A DNA stretch of 63,389 nucleotides, filler included, from Globobulimina sp. (taxonomy: Eukaryota), in assembly GCA_003354225.1 (NCBI GenBank). It is 35 parts of 35 records of this genome, joined end to end, with 100 filler letters (N's around TTAATTAATTAA, not from the genome) between each part and the next. Parts side by side here need not be neighbours in the genome. Positions count along the whole stretch, not along the records: positions 10,891 to 12,605 come from PIVH01012792.1; positions 12,706 to 14,420 come from PIVH01012793.1; positions 14,521 to 16,235 come from PIVH01012794.1; positions 16,336 to 18,050 come from PIVH01012795.1; positions 18,151 to 19,865 come from PIVH01012796.1; positions 19,966 to 21,680 come from PIVH01012797.1; positions 21,781 to 23,495 come from PIVH01012798.1; positions 23,596 to 25,310 come from PIVH01012799.1; 27 more parts are not named here. The stretch is one strand, 5' to 3'. Positions 10,791 through 24,627 of this stretch are shown here, one piece after another (within the stretch, counting starts at the first letter, position 1; every line of letters starts with the position of its first letter). The position numbers and the translations under genes are program-made. The notes beneath the pieces are model-generated. The model searched no databases. It worked only from the letters and a program-made list of their open reading frames with translations, and had not been told where the DNA came from.

Positions 10791-12917
10791 NNNNNNNNNN
10801 NNNNNNNNNNNNNNNNNNNNNNNNNNNNNNNNNNTTAATTAATTAANNNNNNNNNNNNNNNNNNNNNNNNNNNNNNNNNNNNNNNNNNNNTGACTTTTTG
10901 CTTCCTGTGAAATGGTTGGTGGTTAGAATGATTTTACGGTTTTCCAGTTTTTGCAGACTGGCTTGCTTTTAACTGTTTAATTTAACAGAGCAGGTCATTT
11001 TTTAACGCCGTATATATACGGCATTACTATGCATATACAACAAGTACAATCCAAACGAAAATTAAGACACACAAATTTGTACTCAACCATTGCGATCTAT
11101 CTATTGAATCTGTTCTCGACCTATATCTCCTTCTGTTCCTACCTCTTCTCATATCTCCTTTCTTTCTCCTTTCTCGCTGTTTTTATCTCATTCAGAATCA
11201 GGTGACGATGATACGCATAACACCACAAATCCAAATATAATGTAGTTGATAAAAGCCACCACTGACCCAAACGATATGAATCAATGGAATACAAGCAAGA
11301 AGAAGTTGTGATGCATGTAACTGATGGAGGCGACAAAGAGAGTGTTAGCCAAGAAATAGAACAAAATAAAGAAGAAAATCAACTAGAAACAGAATCAGAA
11401 ACCTACAATGATCAGGAATTAAGTATTAATAATATTTGAATATTAGACAGGTTGTTTTATTGGCTGCCACCAATGTTGTCGGAAATAAATATAACAATAC
11501 GCAAGAATTTGATGACCAGACATATTTAGGTACACTCAAAATATTATTCTAATTTATCCTCTTTTTGACAATAATTTTATGCAACACCAAAGGCACAAAA
11601 AATGACATAGGCAGTGATTCTATAAAATATCTCAGATCGAAATCAGTTAAATTTGAATCGCGTACATTTACATTGTATAAAAAGCTGGGAATCGAATGTG
11701 AATGGAATGTATATAACATTGAAGGCGATATTGTGCAGAAAGTGTCATCTGATGTCAATTATGAATATGACAATGGCGATGAATGTTTGTTGAAGTTTGG
11801 GAGTATTTATATGGCTCACTCAGGCTCAGTTACTGTGGAAATGGACAAAAATTTTTTCTTTCTTTCTCCTTTCTTATGCACAGCACCATCATCACCACCA
11901 CCCTTTAATTCTTATGACCTTCAGTAGTAAGTAATCGATTTTCATCTATTTTTCATCCTACTCAAACATCTTCTCTTTCATATATCTGATCCACCCAACC
12001 AATACGTACACATCCACATCATTGTCGCTAATCGACTCAATTGGATGTAATTAGTGAGCCGTGCATTTAGATTTATGCTGGTGAATATTCAGTAAAGCTT
12101 TTGGAAAACTGCAGAAAACTGTACGTTTCCAGCGACCATTTTGCAGGAAGCAAAAAGTCAAAAGCAAATATCATCAATCATTTGGTTGCATTCCATTTCT
12201 TCAAATACACCGAAACGCGTGTTAACACATTTTTGGGTACACCAAGTTTTGCCTATCAAAAAAGCAATATCCTACTCCACTGTGTTTACATAAAATATGT
12301 AATAGTTCTGCTACAATTAATAATCCAAAAACTTTAACCTCTAAACCTGACTGAATTTTGACCCACTACTAAATAACTGCATCCTCACAACAACAAAGCC
12401 AACAAAATGGATGACCCACAAAATGAGTTGGATAATGCAGATCTGGTTATATTTCGACATCAAACCTTGTCAAAAAAGGCCTGCAAACAAACGGATAAAT
12501 TAACCAAAGGAAGAAAGAATAAGAAAAGAAAAAAAAGTAAAAAAAGAATTCCAAATAGCAATCCAAAACATCCACAAGTCAGATTTCATATTTTCTTTTT
12601 CTGATNNNNNNNNNNNNNNNNNNNNNNNNNNNNNNNNNNNNNNNNNNNNTTAATTAATTAANNNNNNNNNNNNNNNNNNNNNNNNNNNNNNNNNNNNNNN
12701 NNNNNTTATCCATTCTAAATGAAAATACATTATTTACCAACCAATCTGGTGACGGTATAATTAATATTTGTTCAAAATGTCAGATACATAAAAGAACAAT
12801 AATTGAGGTAATGTAATCTGATTTGCGCTGTGAAAACAAACGAGTTTTATCCATGCAAATTGCAAACGTATGTTGTTTAATGAGAAAAACGTTTATACCA
12901 ATATATAGATTCGAGCA

Positions 12918-14091
12918 ATGTTAATGGAACAAGGAAGAGATGATTCAATCACTATCAAACAATTAAAAAAACAATACAACCAATTAGTGAAAAAAAATCA
13001 AGAAAAAAAGAAATTATTAAAACAATTTGCTACATTTCAGCAAAATGCAACTGAAAAAATAGAAAATATGAGCAAAGAAATACAACGTCTATCAAATAAT
13101 AATCATGAAATCTTGAAAGAAAAACACGAGATTGAACGGGAAAAAGAGGAGTTACAATGCAATAATTTACAACTTCAACTGGCAATAAATACACACAATC
13201 AAATTGTTCATAAACTTAAAGTCCAAAACGTATGTAATCCAAACAAAAACAAACAACAAAAAACAAATCATCAACATACAGAATAGGATTCGTGCAGAGA
13301 TGCAGTTTGCAACAGAAAAAGAAAATACGTCATTTAAAATGTCTGCTAAATCAATGGCAGATATTCATGAAAACAATAGCAATGTCTGGGTAAACTTTGA
13401 GCATAATCCGACAACACCTTCACGTTCACGATCAGTAACGGATAGAAGTGATGGAACTGACGGTGATGAAGATCATATATATGATACTCCAACACTTGTG
13501 ATGACATCTTCAATATCAATGAAAAATTCTGAATTATCAACAAGCGATGAACAAAAAACAGATGCAACTGTAGAAAGAATGCGAAGAATATCAATAAGCA
13601 GTGATGGTACGTATGATTTTGACGATAATGAATTAACAAATGATTACGTAGATGGAAGTGGGCCACATTTTATTATGAGGTCACCGTCTGAACAATCATT
13701 ATGGCCACATAACAGTTATAGTTTTAATAACAATCAATTTTCATTCAATGGTAGTTTGTCATCGTTTAATAATAAAAGAGTTTCTCAGCTCTCGTCTATC
13801 GGCACACCAATATCACCGTTGCCAATGTCTGGTGGTAATAACACAAATGTCGGATATGATAATATTTTATTCCAGGTTGCTAATGAAATAAAACATCAAA
13901 TAATACCATCCGGAGTTATAGTATTTGATGATGATGGGGTTGATGTTACAGATGACAATGATGAATCAAAAGAGAGAGAAGATAACGAATTAGAAATGGA
14001 TGAAATAAAAGCGAGAATTGACAATGCGGATAATGCAGCCAATATATATTCAGTTTCTGATACGGAACCAATTGATAATATATTTGGTTAA
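12918..14091 (+). CDS. Coiled-coil / Ser-Asp-rich hypothetical protein, spliced, 5' partial
   Basis: Two overlapping ORFs can be joined by an intron at about 13229..13286. Heptad-rich region followed by low complexity. Confidence 0.55.
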
Positions 14092-14529
14092 GTGGTTTTT
14101 ATTTTTGTTGGTGTGTTAACACTGTACGTGTTTTTATTTTTGTTTTGTAAATAATGTTGCTTTTAATATTTAATTGTTTAGAAACGGTAAAAACCATTTA
14201 TTTTAATGGTCAGATATTTATTATTTAAGCTGCTTTTAATCTTAAAGTGTTCGTTTCGGAAAAATAATCCAAAAAAAAGATTGAGTTACCTCAACTTTTT
14301 GATCATAGCTTCGTGTGAGCAGTGAAAATGAGTGTTCCTAATCTATTTATCTTGAACGCCAGCGGGTAATTATTATCTGTATTATGTGATGCATAATTAC
14401 CATAACAATAATAATACTACNNNNNNNNNNNNNNNNNNNNNNNNNNNNNNNNNNNNNNNNNNNNTTAATTAATTAANNNNNNNNNNNNNNNNNNNNNNNN
14501 NNNNNNNNNNNNNNNNNNNNTTTATATAT

Positions 14530-16235
14530 TTATATTAATTTCTCAATAAACAACGAATTATAATCTCTTGCGTTATACGGATGTGATGAATAAATATAAA
14601 TTTTATCTCCTTTTTTGAGCGGTATAATTTCTTGAATTGATGTTGTATGATAATAGGTCCCTCCATAACAACCCATTCTACTCATACAATATTGTGAATT
14701 ATTAACATACAACGCGGAATATCCTTGAACATTTGCGCCTTGATACTGCGTTGCATTACAACTAATTCTATAATTCCCAGCTTGTTTCACTTCAATTACA
14801 TTTTTCGTATTATTTAATGAATATAACATATCATTAGACCAATATTCATGATCCCATTTGCGTTGATATGTCGATACCACACTCGCGGATTTCCACACAC
14901 CAATGTTATCACTAAATGGTACATATTGTATTTGAATACAATCATAATTGGCATTTGATGCGGTTAAATATCCATTATCATATACATGGACATAATCATT
15001 TTGTTTAGAAATTAATATTTCATCAAACATATGACATTGGTAATTTGTACTTGATGTGGATTGATAACTACTGTGACTATGATTTGTTCCATTTCTATTT
15101 TCATATAAATACATTTGGTGATTACCAGGCGATCCATAATTACTATGCGCTCGTACAGATACTCGATATAAACCACCTTTATTCATCCAAATTTGTTTGT
15201 TACTGTTTTGCAATTTATATCTATCGCTGTTTTTTATTGCATTATTCCCTAAAACAAAACATAAAAAATAAAATTGTGTATTTTAAGAGCAATTAGAAAT
15301 AAAAACATACATTGTCTATAATGACCATTACTTGCTGACGATTTCCATATTCCTATACCTGCCACAATAGAATCAGGTATTCGTTCAATACACAAATACG
15401 TGGACTGTTCCTCACTATAAGCACATGCCGGATGCGCATAAAATCTTAATTTTTGACCCTGTGTAAATTGTCTTACTTCGTTGAAATAATAAGACCGGAT
15501 ATTGTTAGCACTCGCGGCATAATGACGACAAAAATCACAGGCACTGCCATCAATATACATTTGCACATAAGCATGTGATGAATAATTCTGAGCACATCGA
15601 AATGTCACCCGATAATAACCTGTGCTTAAAAACATAATTTCTGAGTCATCCGCAGTATTCCGTTGCCAATATTGTTCATAATCCTCTTTCTTCTCTGTAC
15701 TGGACAATATTTTCTTATTCCATTTGCTGTCAAGTGTCAACATCAGAGAGATATATAAGAAAAACATCAAAACTAATCAGTACTTAACAGATAATAGCTG
15801 TTATTTGCAGTGGATCGATAGGCTTCAAACACAACATGAAAACCTTTGTTCTGCGTCACATTTGGTTGAGTTCCTCCGCGTGTCAACGAATCAACATCCA
15901 ACGAAGGATAAAATTTGCTTAAAATCCCAAATTCCAACAATGCCGCATATAAAGATGATGTCATCTCAATTTGAACAGCCCCTTTACTCCGCAATATATC
16001 CAATACGTTGGCAAACGTTGTTGGATTACAATTCACCGAATAAACATCCAATTTCTCGTCATATTTTATTAACTGTTTATCTTCGCATTCCTCTTTGAAT
16101 AATTTCGCAATTTTCGACCCTTGGACTTGTGTTAATGTCTTGCGATATGTCCTGAATGTTCGGTCATCGACTTTGATTGTAATAAAATCAAAATCCGATT
16201 TGCCAGTTTCCTTCTCATCCATTGCGTTTTTCAAT
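14530..16235 (-). CDS. BTB/POZ (KCTD T1-type) protein with three tandem C1q/TNF-like beta-sandwich repeats; exons 15789..16235, 15311..15726, 14530..15248
   Basis: ITIKVDDRTFRTYRKTLT..SKIAKLF..NCNPTTFANVLDILR. Three repeats of G-x-Y-R-V/I..Y-V/I-D/N..E-I/V..KKGDKIYIY. Two phase-consistent GT-AG introns. Confidence 0.75.
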
Positions 16236-16739
16236 NNNNNNNNNNNNNNNNNNNNNNNNNNNNNNNNNNNNNNNNNNNNTTAATTAATTAANNNNNNNNN
16301 NNNNNNNNNNNNNNNNNNNNNNNNNNNNNNNNNNNATTATGAGTTGAAAGCAATACTATTTGCTCGGATTATGACGAGTATATATGGCATCTGCATCTGC
16401 ATCTGCTTAAACAAGTGCAAGTTGATAAAACAATCCCTAATAATTAATTATAAATGTTTAAATACGCATACACTAATAAATTGCAAAACAACTGATGGCG
16501 TAAGGAATGTTGGTGTTGGTGTTGTTGCAATAGCTTTCATGGCATCAATTATAATTATGATGCAGTCCTGCGCCAAGACGCCATGATGAAGAGACTAAAC
16601 CAACCTCTAGTTTTTTGGAAAGATCCTCTGGTGTTGCATACTGTCTTTGTCTTACTATTGCTCATCAGAAACAACATAATAAGCACAGGAATTGAATCTT
16701 ATTCACGAGGGTGTTGCATTAAAAACAAAATTAAGTTTA

Positions 16740-18050
16740 ATGTCATCTAAAAAATCAAAATCTTTGAAATCATCAACAAATGGAAATGGAGCGAGCAACA
16801 ATAAAAATGTTACTAATAATGATAATCAAACAACATCAGAGCGACCAAATTATAATTATGATTCCTATTCAATTTCATCATCATCTCAAACATCACTAAA
16901 AGGTGGTTTTTCCACATTAGTGGGTGGATTTGGAGGTTATCACGGCACCGCCTCCAGTGAAACATTTTCATTTGATCACTCACAACAACTCGACCCGCAA
17001 ATTGAATTTTGTTTAAAACGTCTATTAAAAAAAGATTCGATCACAAAATTAAAAGCTTTTGGAGATTTAAGCAAATTATTTGCCACGCTCTCAATTGATA
17101 AGTTAGAGGCTTGTGCATCTGCCTGGGTATGGCCATAATGTCCATAATTACTCTCTATACACACTTACGCACACTGCACGTGACAGGCTTATGCATTCAA
17201 CAAATTAGCACTGGTCAACGACAAACGAATTCGGGAAAATTTACATTTATGTTTTGCACCATTTTGCAAACAGATATCAAGCGCAAAAGTAAAATGGTTT
17301 ACACCTCATTTAAAACGTATATTTTGTTATTGGTTTATCCATCAACATGACACTTCGCCTGAAGTGGTGGAGGCTGCCTACAACTCATTTTATAATGCAT
17401 TTGGTACCAACAGTAATAGGCATTGGAAGGTTATCTCTTATGTTAAGCATTGTATGTTGAATGAAATGCAATACATATTGGACACAAATACCACACCACA
17501 AACTCTATCAAATCACATTAAAAGAACAAATACAAAATCAAAGAAACAGAAACAGAAACACAAAAAATCATCTTCCTCTAAGCAAGACACGGAGAGATAT
17601 CAACGGGTAATTGCCTCCACATTATGTGGCTTAGCTACATTAATTGCAAAAGAAAATGAAATAGAATCCACAAATATTAATAAGATTAAGCAGCAGGAGG
17701 ACTGGTTCCAGACTTATCGTCAATTATTATGCAATACAAACATATGGAGATTTATCAACGATCCATGTCCGTTATTACGCAATTCTGCATATTTATTATG
17801 CTCCGCATGTCTGGGAAATGGTAATGTGGCAAAACACATATTACCATTAATATCAAGCACTCTTTTTCGTTGCATGTCTGACTCATACATGCCAAATATG
17901 GATAATTTATGGACTTCTTTGCTTGCAATGATACAATATAAAGATTGTTGGAAATATGCCAAGAAAAAATCATTTATTATAAGGCTTTCAAATATTGTTC
18001 GAGTGGATATATTTACGGCATGTAAATATATCCGATCATTTTCATTATAT
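16740..18050 (+). CDS. LTN1: E3 ubiquitin ligase listerin N-terminal domain, 3' partial; intron 17127..17186
   Basis: GFGGY, LKRLLKKDSITKLKA, DKRIRE, PHLKRIFCYW..DTSPEVVEAAYNSF. Confidence 0.85.
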
Positions 18051-18429
18051 NNNNNNNNNNNNNNNNNNNNNNNNNNNNNNNNNNNNNNNNNNNNTTAATT
18101 AATTAANNNNNNNNNNNNNNNNNNNNNNNNNNNNNNNNNNNNNNNNNNNNGATTAAAATTTCTCATCCAAAAAATAGTATGAAATCATTAAAGGAATTAA
18201 TAAATAAACATTCAATCAAATATGCTAAATATAATTATAAATTAGAGATTGAACAAAATAATCATCCTCGATATGGTAAATTTCATTCTTTTCGTGTGAG
18301 TCCTTTGTAAATTATTGTAATTTTTGAATGAATATTATATGTGTTATGAGAGACTTGTTAGGAAGCAACAAAACGTACAAATAAAGTAGTAGTTAGCAAC
18401 AAAATATTTGCTTTTCAGAAACAAAAATG

Positions 18430-19865
18430 TCAGAACAGTTCCGGTCGATCATCCTTTTTCTTTAATTCTCCAATCTCCGTAAGACTCGATCGATCATCCT
18501 TTGATTCCTTTCTTTTGCCATAACAGCATCCACAATAAACCTGCACACTTTTCTTATGCGCTTTTATCAAGATTTCATCGCATATTTTGGCCACATATTG
18601 ATCAGATATCACATTAACAACAGTCCGCAATCTGGCAACCAACCAATCAACAACAAAAAAGGTCGACAATGCTTCCGTCTCATACTCTGACAGCCCGGCT
18701 GCACTCAGCAATGGCAAACTGTACATAATCCCGGCATGGGGCACGGGCGCAGCACCGATGCTCACTATCACGGACAAAATGGCCACCAATACGATAGTGC
18801 CTATGGATAAGTTAATATTATATAACTGCGCAATCAATGCAATGTTTATAGGATGCATCACTGCGGAACCATCCATATTGATGGCAGCACCCAAAGGTAT
18901 CACAAACTGATACACGTTCTTCGACACTCCGGCTTTCTGCGCACTCATCAACGATCGCGGCAAAGTAGCAGCGGACGAAGCAGTCGCAAAGGCCAATAGA
19001 GGAGCTTCGTAGATCAATGTTAATAATGTGTAGCCATCGCAAACATTCTTGCGTACCATGAAGAAATAAATGAGCGGCAAAACCACAAAGACGTGACAGC
19101 AAAATCCCAGCAACAAAGTCAAAATATGCACACCCAAACTGGTGGCTAACGAGGGCAAATTGGGAGTGTTTGCGATCTGCGCCGTAATGAGCGAAACCAT
19201 ACCGAATGGAGTCCACCAGATCACGGTCACTATTGCTTTCATGCTACATTTTAAGAGAGCTTTGCAGAACTTCAATACAATGATTTTTTCATCCACTTTG
19301 ATGTCACGTAACAACAAACCGCAGCAAAGGAAGAAAATAATGATCCCCAGCACACTGAATATGAAGAATGTGTTTCAAATGTTCAATCATCTGAAGATGG
19401 ATAGATTTGACAGCACCTCAAGTCAGATAAGGCCACGATGATATTCTCAGGGATTGCCTCGTAAAATATGCTCAGCAATGCGTCGAGTTCAGTGATGTCC
19501 GCGTCCGGTTCCAAGGCTGCAGTGTCAGACACAATTTTGCCATAATCGCCAGGCCGAATCAGCCACGCCCAAACCGAGCCGTGTGTAGCAGCGCAGACCG
19601 ACGTGAATATGAGCAGCGGCACACACTTTTTTCCGACAGCTCCAACCTGGTCGACTCTGGAAGGCAGTATTACCATCATCAAGGCCAGCAACGGCACGAT
19701 TAACAGTTTGAGCGCGCGGATCCACAGATTGCCGGGGAGTAAGATGATTTTATACCAGGTCTCGGTCATATGTCCATATAAACTGAGCACTGTGCCGATA
19801 ATGCCACCCACAAAGGCGCCGAATATAGTTGCTGCAGTTAGTGAGATTTTGATTTTCTTGTTACA
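18430..19865 (-). CDS. Dicarboxylate/amino acid:cation symporter (DAACS/SLC1 family), 5' partial; intron 19355..19416
   Basis: PGNLWIRALKLLIVPL, IPENI, AFATASSAATLP, GAAINMDGS, VDWLVARLRTVVNVISD. Confidence 0.93.
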
Positions 19866-20301
19866 NNNNNNNNNNNNNNNNNNNNNNNNNNNNNNNNNNN
19901 NNNNNNNNNTTAATTAATTAANNNNNNNNNNNNNNNNNNNNNNNNNNNNNNNNNNNNNNNNNNNNAATTTATGATTGTTTCCAAATAATTCATCATAATA
20001 AAATGTTGGAAATACCTCAAATATCTTCAATTTACATGTTTCCGTTTGACAAATATAACACTCGATCTCTGTGAATGGTATCCAAACATCATAGAAAATA
20101 TTTCACAATCCCATATGATGCAAAATTAAGTAAAGAATGTGCGGATTTAATACATTATTTAATATGTTCAGCTGCATTATAAGTAATACTTTGGCAACAC
20201 ATAATTTTATACTTTGGCATCTCATAATTGTGTGTATTTATAGAAAGCAATCAGAAAAGGTACGTATTAGCAGTCGCAATCAAATCAAACACATTACACA
20301 C

Positions 20302-20970
20302 ATGGATTTAGAAAAACAGAAACTGGAAACAAAACATGTAAGCAACTCAAATGCATCATGTATACAGATATTGAAATATTTATTGGTAATTTGTGTTGTT
20401 TCATTATGTGCGTATGGTACAATGACACATAATTATTATTCTCAAGTTTCATCAAGACAATTACAAGCACAAAGTTACGACATATGTGTTAAATTAACGT
20501 GGAGTTACTACCAGAAATTTGATCACCATGATTTTGATTGGCGCAAGGGTGTGGAAGGCATAATCACTGGAATAAATGAAGAGGGACGATTGATAGTGAC
20601 AATTGTTTCACCATTTACTCCCTCAGAGAAAGAGCACATTAGAAAAAAACAATTAGAAGACGCTGTTGTCAGAAACGTGGTGTTGGATGCTAAGGATAGC
20701 ATTTACGGTCAACCAAAAGGATGGGAATTCACAAGCTGTCCACAATTTTCAAACATAATTAATACTCTCAAAAACAAATTAAAAATGATTACAAAACGAC
20801 AACAGATTTTAAAACAAAGAGGACTGAATAACACAAACCTTTCATATCAGTACTTAGACAGACAACAAGAAGACATTTTAAAACAATTAGAGCAGAACAA
20901 ACAATTAAAGCAGTACTTTGACACGCACAGAGAAGACATTTTAAAACAATTAAAGCAGAAGACATTTTAA
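20302..20970 (+). CDS. Hypothetical type II membrane protein with a C-terminal repeat
   Basis: Long ORF with one N-terminal hydrophobic helix (ILKYLLVICVVSLCAYG) and EDILKQL twice. Confidence 0.5.
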   Translation: MDLEKQKLETKHVSNSNASCIQILKYLLVICVVSLCAYGTMTHNYYSQVSSRQLQAQSYDICVKLTWSYYQKFDHHDFDWRKGVEGIITGINEEGRLIVTIVSPFTPSEKEHIRKKQLEDAVVRNVVLDAKDSIYGQPKGWEFTSCPQFSNIINTLKNKLKMITKRQQILKQRGLNNTNLSYQYLDRQQEDILKQLEQNKQLKQYFDTHREDILKQLKQKTF

Positions 20971-22215
20971 AACAATTGATGTCTAGCAGGTGATGGAAGA
21001 GATTTTTGTTGATGTAAACACGGTGTCATACAAATTGGTTTTAAATGTGTTTTTTAATTGTATTATTTAAAATGATTAATAAACTGTGATATGTGTTCAT
21101 ACTTCCTAAATAATAGATAATTAATACATTTTTCTCAAAGTTCACCAGCAAATTCTACAAGTCCTAAAACGTTGCTGTAATCGTTAACTGAGTTTAATGC
21201 CTGCTTGAAACAGGTTTAACATTCAACTACCGAGAAATCAATCATAAGTCATATAATATTGTATGTACCATATTGTTGTTGGCAGTAAACATTACCGTCA
21301 TTGACGGTTTTGAGTTGATCGACAAATATATAATCTAAAGAGGCAACTATTGCCAGACATATTGCGTGAAGTAAGAGAAAGCTCATTATTCATAAACGAT
21401 GTAAGATAAAGCTCAGAATGTTTTTTTTCTTTTCAACACTATATAGATATGCCTGAATATTAGTAGCATTATATAATCAATCAAATGGCTTAAATTTGAA
21501 AATATTGAACACAATTGGATAATTTTCTGTTATTACACAGTATTTTTTGTGAAAAGTTATTGATCCATAACTGGATAAATTGTAACCTCTTTGTTGCAAA
21601 TATTTTACACAATTCCTGTCGATTGAATTCAAGATCTTTTTGTATCAATTTCCCAATGCATTCTTTAATCAAAACATAATNNNNNNNNNNNNNNNNNNNN
21701 NNNNNNNNNNNNNNNNNNNNNNNNTTAATTAATTAANNNNNNNNNNNNNNNNNNNNNNNNNNNNNNNNNNNNNNNNNNNNGTGATGATATCTATGAAAAT
21801 GATTGGAAGAGTTTCTCGAATTTGTATGATATCAGGGATAACAATCCGGATCAGGATGGAAATATATTCAATATTATATATGAGTTGGATTCATTAATTG
21901 TGTCATATGCCATATGTCAATATAACCAAAGGTTTAAAAACGTAGGTTTTTGTTTAAGGAAAGGGGAGAATGAGGATATATTATATATAGAAAAGATGAA
22001 TTATTAATTAATATTAAAAAATATAACAATTGTAATTTATATTATATTGTCATGATGCATTTATTCTCATTACATTTTGTTCTGTGGATTTTAAAATTGT
22101 TTTTTACCGTATTGTATTTCTTTAATATCACCTATATAATATTGTTTCTGTTTGTAATACGGTAGAATGATGACAACAAAAATCCAAATCAGGTTAAAAC
22201 TTCAAGCAATACAAA

Positions 22216-23385
22216 ATGAAAAAAGTGTCAATTAAATCTGGAACATGGCTTCTTTTCTCTGTGAGTTTAGTGTTTACATTTTTACAAATGAATATGAAAG
22301 GAAGGGAGGTTATTAGAATTGTACCAAACTCAAACTCAAACGCGCACGTAAATAAAAATAAAACAATGGTCACTACTGATAATTGCAGGAAGCGCATTGA
22401 AACATATACCACGGCAAATGACTTTCGTTTATTTTGTGATCCTATCATTTTTAATAAAAGTAAATTAATTGCATTAATCCCTGCTAAAACTGGGTCGACT
22501 ATTTTCAGACATGTCATCCTGCCAAAATTGAAGAAATCGTTGCGAATTAACAATGAGAACTATGACATCAACACAGATAAACCCGCATCGTGTTCATGTG
22601 CTTACCAATTGGAAGCATCTCCGAATAACGGTACAATATTAAAAATCTGTAGACAACACACCATTGAACATTTCTGTAATTCGCAATATGACAAATATAT
22701 GATAATTCGCGATCCATTGGCCAGACTGTTAAGTGGCTATTTGGATAAATGCACTCTCGAAACCCACAATGAATGGGATTTATGGCACGAGCCATGTTAT
22801 GAGTATTTGTTCTCTGTCGGCATCGATTTGCACTCAGAAAGAAGCAGGAAGCACTCCAACAATTCTTTGAATTCTTTCCCAACGTTTTTGAAATGGTTAT
22901 CGCGGAGCTATGACAAAGGCGAGTGGGTAGATAACCATTTTAAAAATTTGCGTCATTTTGCAGATATGGTGTATTTTATTGAAAATTGGAAAATATTTGA
23001 TATTCATGATATAGATGGCTGGGATTTTATTGTTCATAAATTGCTACATGGAAATGAGTCATTTTATGGTAAATGGGAAAAAATAAAAAAAAAATTGCAT
23101 ATGTTGTCGTATGAAGATGAAAATATTAAACAGAAGAAACACGGAGTCAATTATCATAAAACCGATGCAAATAAAAAGGCTTTGCTGTATTACAATGATT
23201 CGAGTGTATTGAAAATGGCGATTGATTATTTACGGAAAGATTATTATATGTTTCATTTAAAATTACCAGCATGGATTTGTTATAGTAAACTGGATTTGTT
23301 ATATATTCAATCATTGGAACGTGCAACATTTGATATACTGCCAAATTGTATAGATATCGTAAACAACACTAAAAATATATTCTGA
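22216..23385 (+). CDS. Golgi-type carbohydrate sulfotransferase (Sulfotransfer_2 family)
   Basis: N-terminal signal anchor, 5'-PSB-like IPAKTGST, 3'-PB IRDPLARLLSGYLDK, DNHF, Y-x-x-DY near the C-terminus. Confidence 0.85.
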   Translation: MKKVSIKSGTWLLFSVSLVFTFLQMNMKGREVIRIVPNSNSNAHVNKNKTMVTTDNCRKRIETYTTANDFRLFCDPIIFNKSKLIALIPAKTGSTIFRHVILPKLKKSLRINNENYDINTDKPASCSCAYQLEASPNNGTILKICRQHTIEHFCNSQYDKYMIIRDPLARLLSGYLDKCTLETHNEWDLWHEPCYEYLFSVGIDLHSERSRKHSNNSLNSFPTFLKWLSRSYDKGEWVDNHFKNLRHFADMVYFIENWKIFDIHDIDGWDFIVHKLLHGNESFYGKWEKIKKKLHMLSYEDENIKQKKHGVNYHKTDANKKALLYYNDSSVLKMAIDYLRKDYYMFHLKLPAWICYSKLDLLYIQSLERATFDILPNCIDIVNNTKNIF

Positions 23386-23798
23386 GAATATTTTATTATT
23401 ATTTCGTGAATTAACTGCTGGTGATTTATTTTTGAAGAGATTGTTTTTTTATGGAATGATTTCTTTCTTTTCTAGCCTGCAGACCCTTTTTTTTTNNNNN
23501 NNNNNNNNNNNNNNNNNNNNNNNNNNNNNNNNNNNNNNNTTAATTAATTAANNNNNNNNNNNNNNNNNNNNNNNNNNNNNNNNNNNNNNNNNNNNGTTCG
23601 TAGGGTATTCCTTGTTCCACTGATATATTACAAGTGGGTTGGTGTACGCTTATTGTTTGGAATAATTCGTCAATCACTTTCAAGGAACTCATCAGAAAAA
23701 GATTGAGAAAAACTGTTTTTTATTATCAACAAAATAAAGCAAACAAAGAAAACATCAATAAACACACAACAAAATGTCAGAATTGATTGTCAGAATTG

Positions 23799-24287
23799 CT
23801 AAATGTCAATGGTTGCCAATTGTTGTTTTTTATAGGATAAAGGTACATATTTGAGCAAAGGACTTGTTCTGCAATATTCCAATTCGTTTTTCATAACTGT
23901 ATCAAATTTGTCATTTAATTGCATCACTTTTGTGTCGATTACAGAATCGGATTTGGAGTGTGTCAATCCAACTAAATAACTTTGATGTTGTTTCCATGAA
24001 TTATAACATTCAAAACAATAAAATGCTTTGTGATGAGGATTGTAAATGCATGGTGTTTGGGTCAGTTGTGTAGAGCAAATATCGCATTCTACTTTTAACG
24101 TAATTGTTTTTGATTGAATGCCATCATTTTTATGAACTAAGTCTAATTTCCGCCTGGTACTTTTTAATCGATCAGCTCTTTTTTCCATTCTGTTATCAAT
24201 GGCTGTTTGAATAGTAATGGTTTTGTTCTGTTTCTTTTTGATATTGAATGGTAGCGAACGTTTGAATGATTTAAACGAAAACACCAT
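23799..24287 (-). CDS. Hypothetical protein with CxxC..CxxC
   Basis: 162-aa ATG ORF containing CDIC..C..CFEC. Confidence 0.45.
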   Translation of the reverse strand: MVFSFKSFKRSLPFNIKKKQNKTITIQTAIDNRMEKRADRLKSTRRKLDLVHKNDGIQSKTITLKVECDICSTQLTQTPCIYNPHHKAFYCFECYNSWKQHQSYLVGLTHSKSDSVIDTKVMQLNDKFDTVMKNELEYCRTSPLLKYVPLSYKKQQLATIDI

Positions 24288-24627
24288 TTATATTAACGAT
24301 CAATAGAAGGATTCAATACCGGTTCTATGGAAAAGAATAAAAATGGGAAATGGATAAAAAACTGTGGGAAATTGCGGAGTTATTATAACAATTAATTCAT
24401 AAAATTATACATAATTAACAAATACATATCTTGTAGCTGCAGAATGCAGATTGGCAACCAACTCAATATAATTATATTAATATATATATTATGTTTTGTT
24501 CACCGTTCACGAGGACATGATTGAAAGACGAAAAAGTGAGTATGGAACGTTATGTACGTATTTATTGCTGTCACTTTACTTGATTTGATTCTAAGTCTCT
24601 GACAATATGTATATTCCAGATGTTCGA

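Noticed and set aside
11285-11927. AAA-ATPase fragment (VVLLAATN)
   Set aside because: Only a short match with no Walker motifs. The region is probably an unresolved spliced hypothetical gene.
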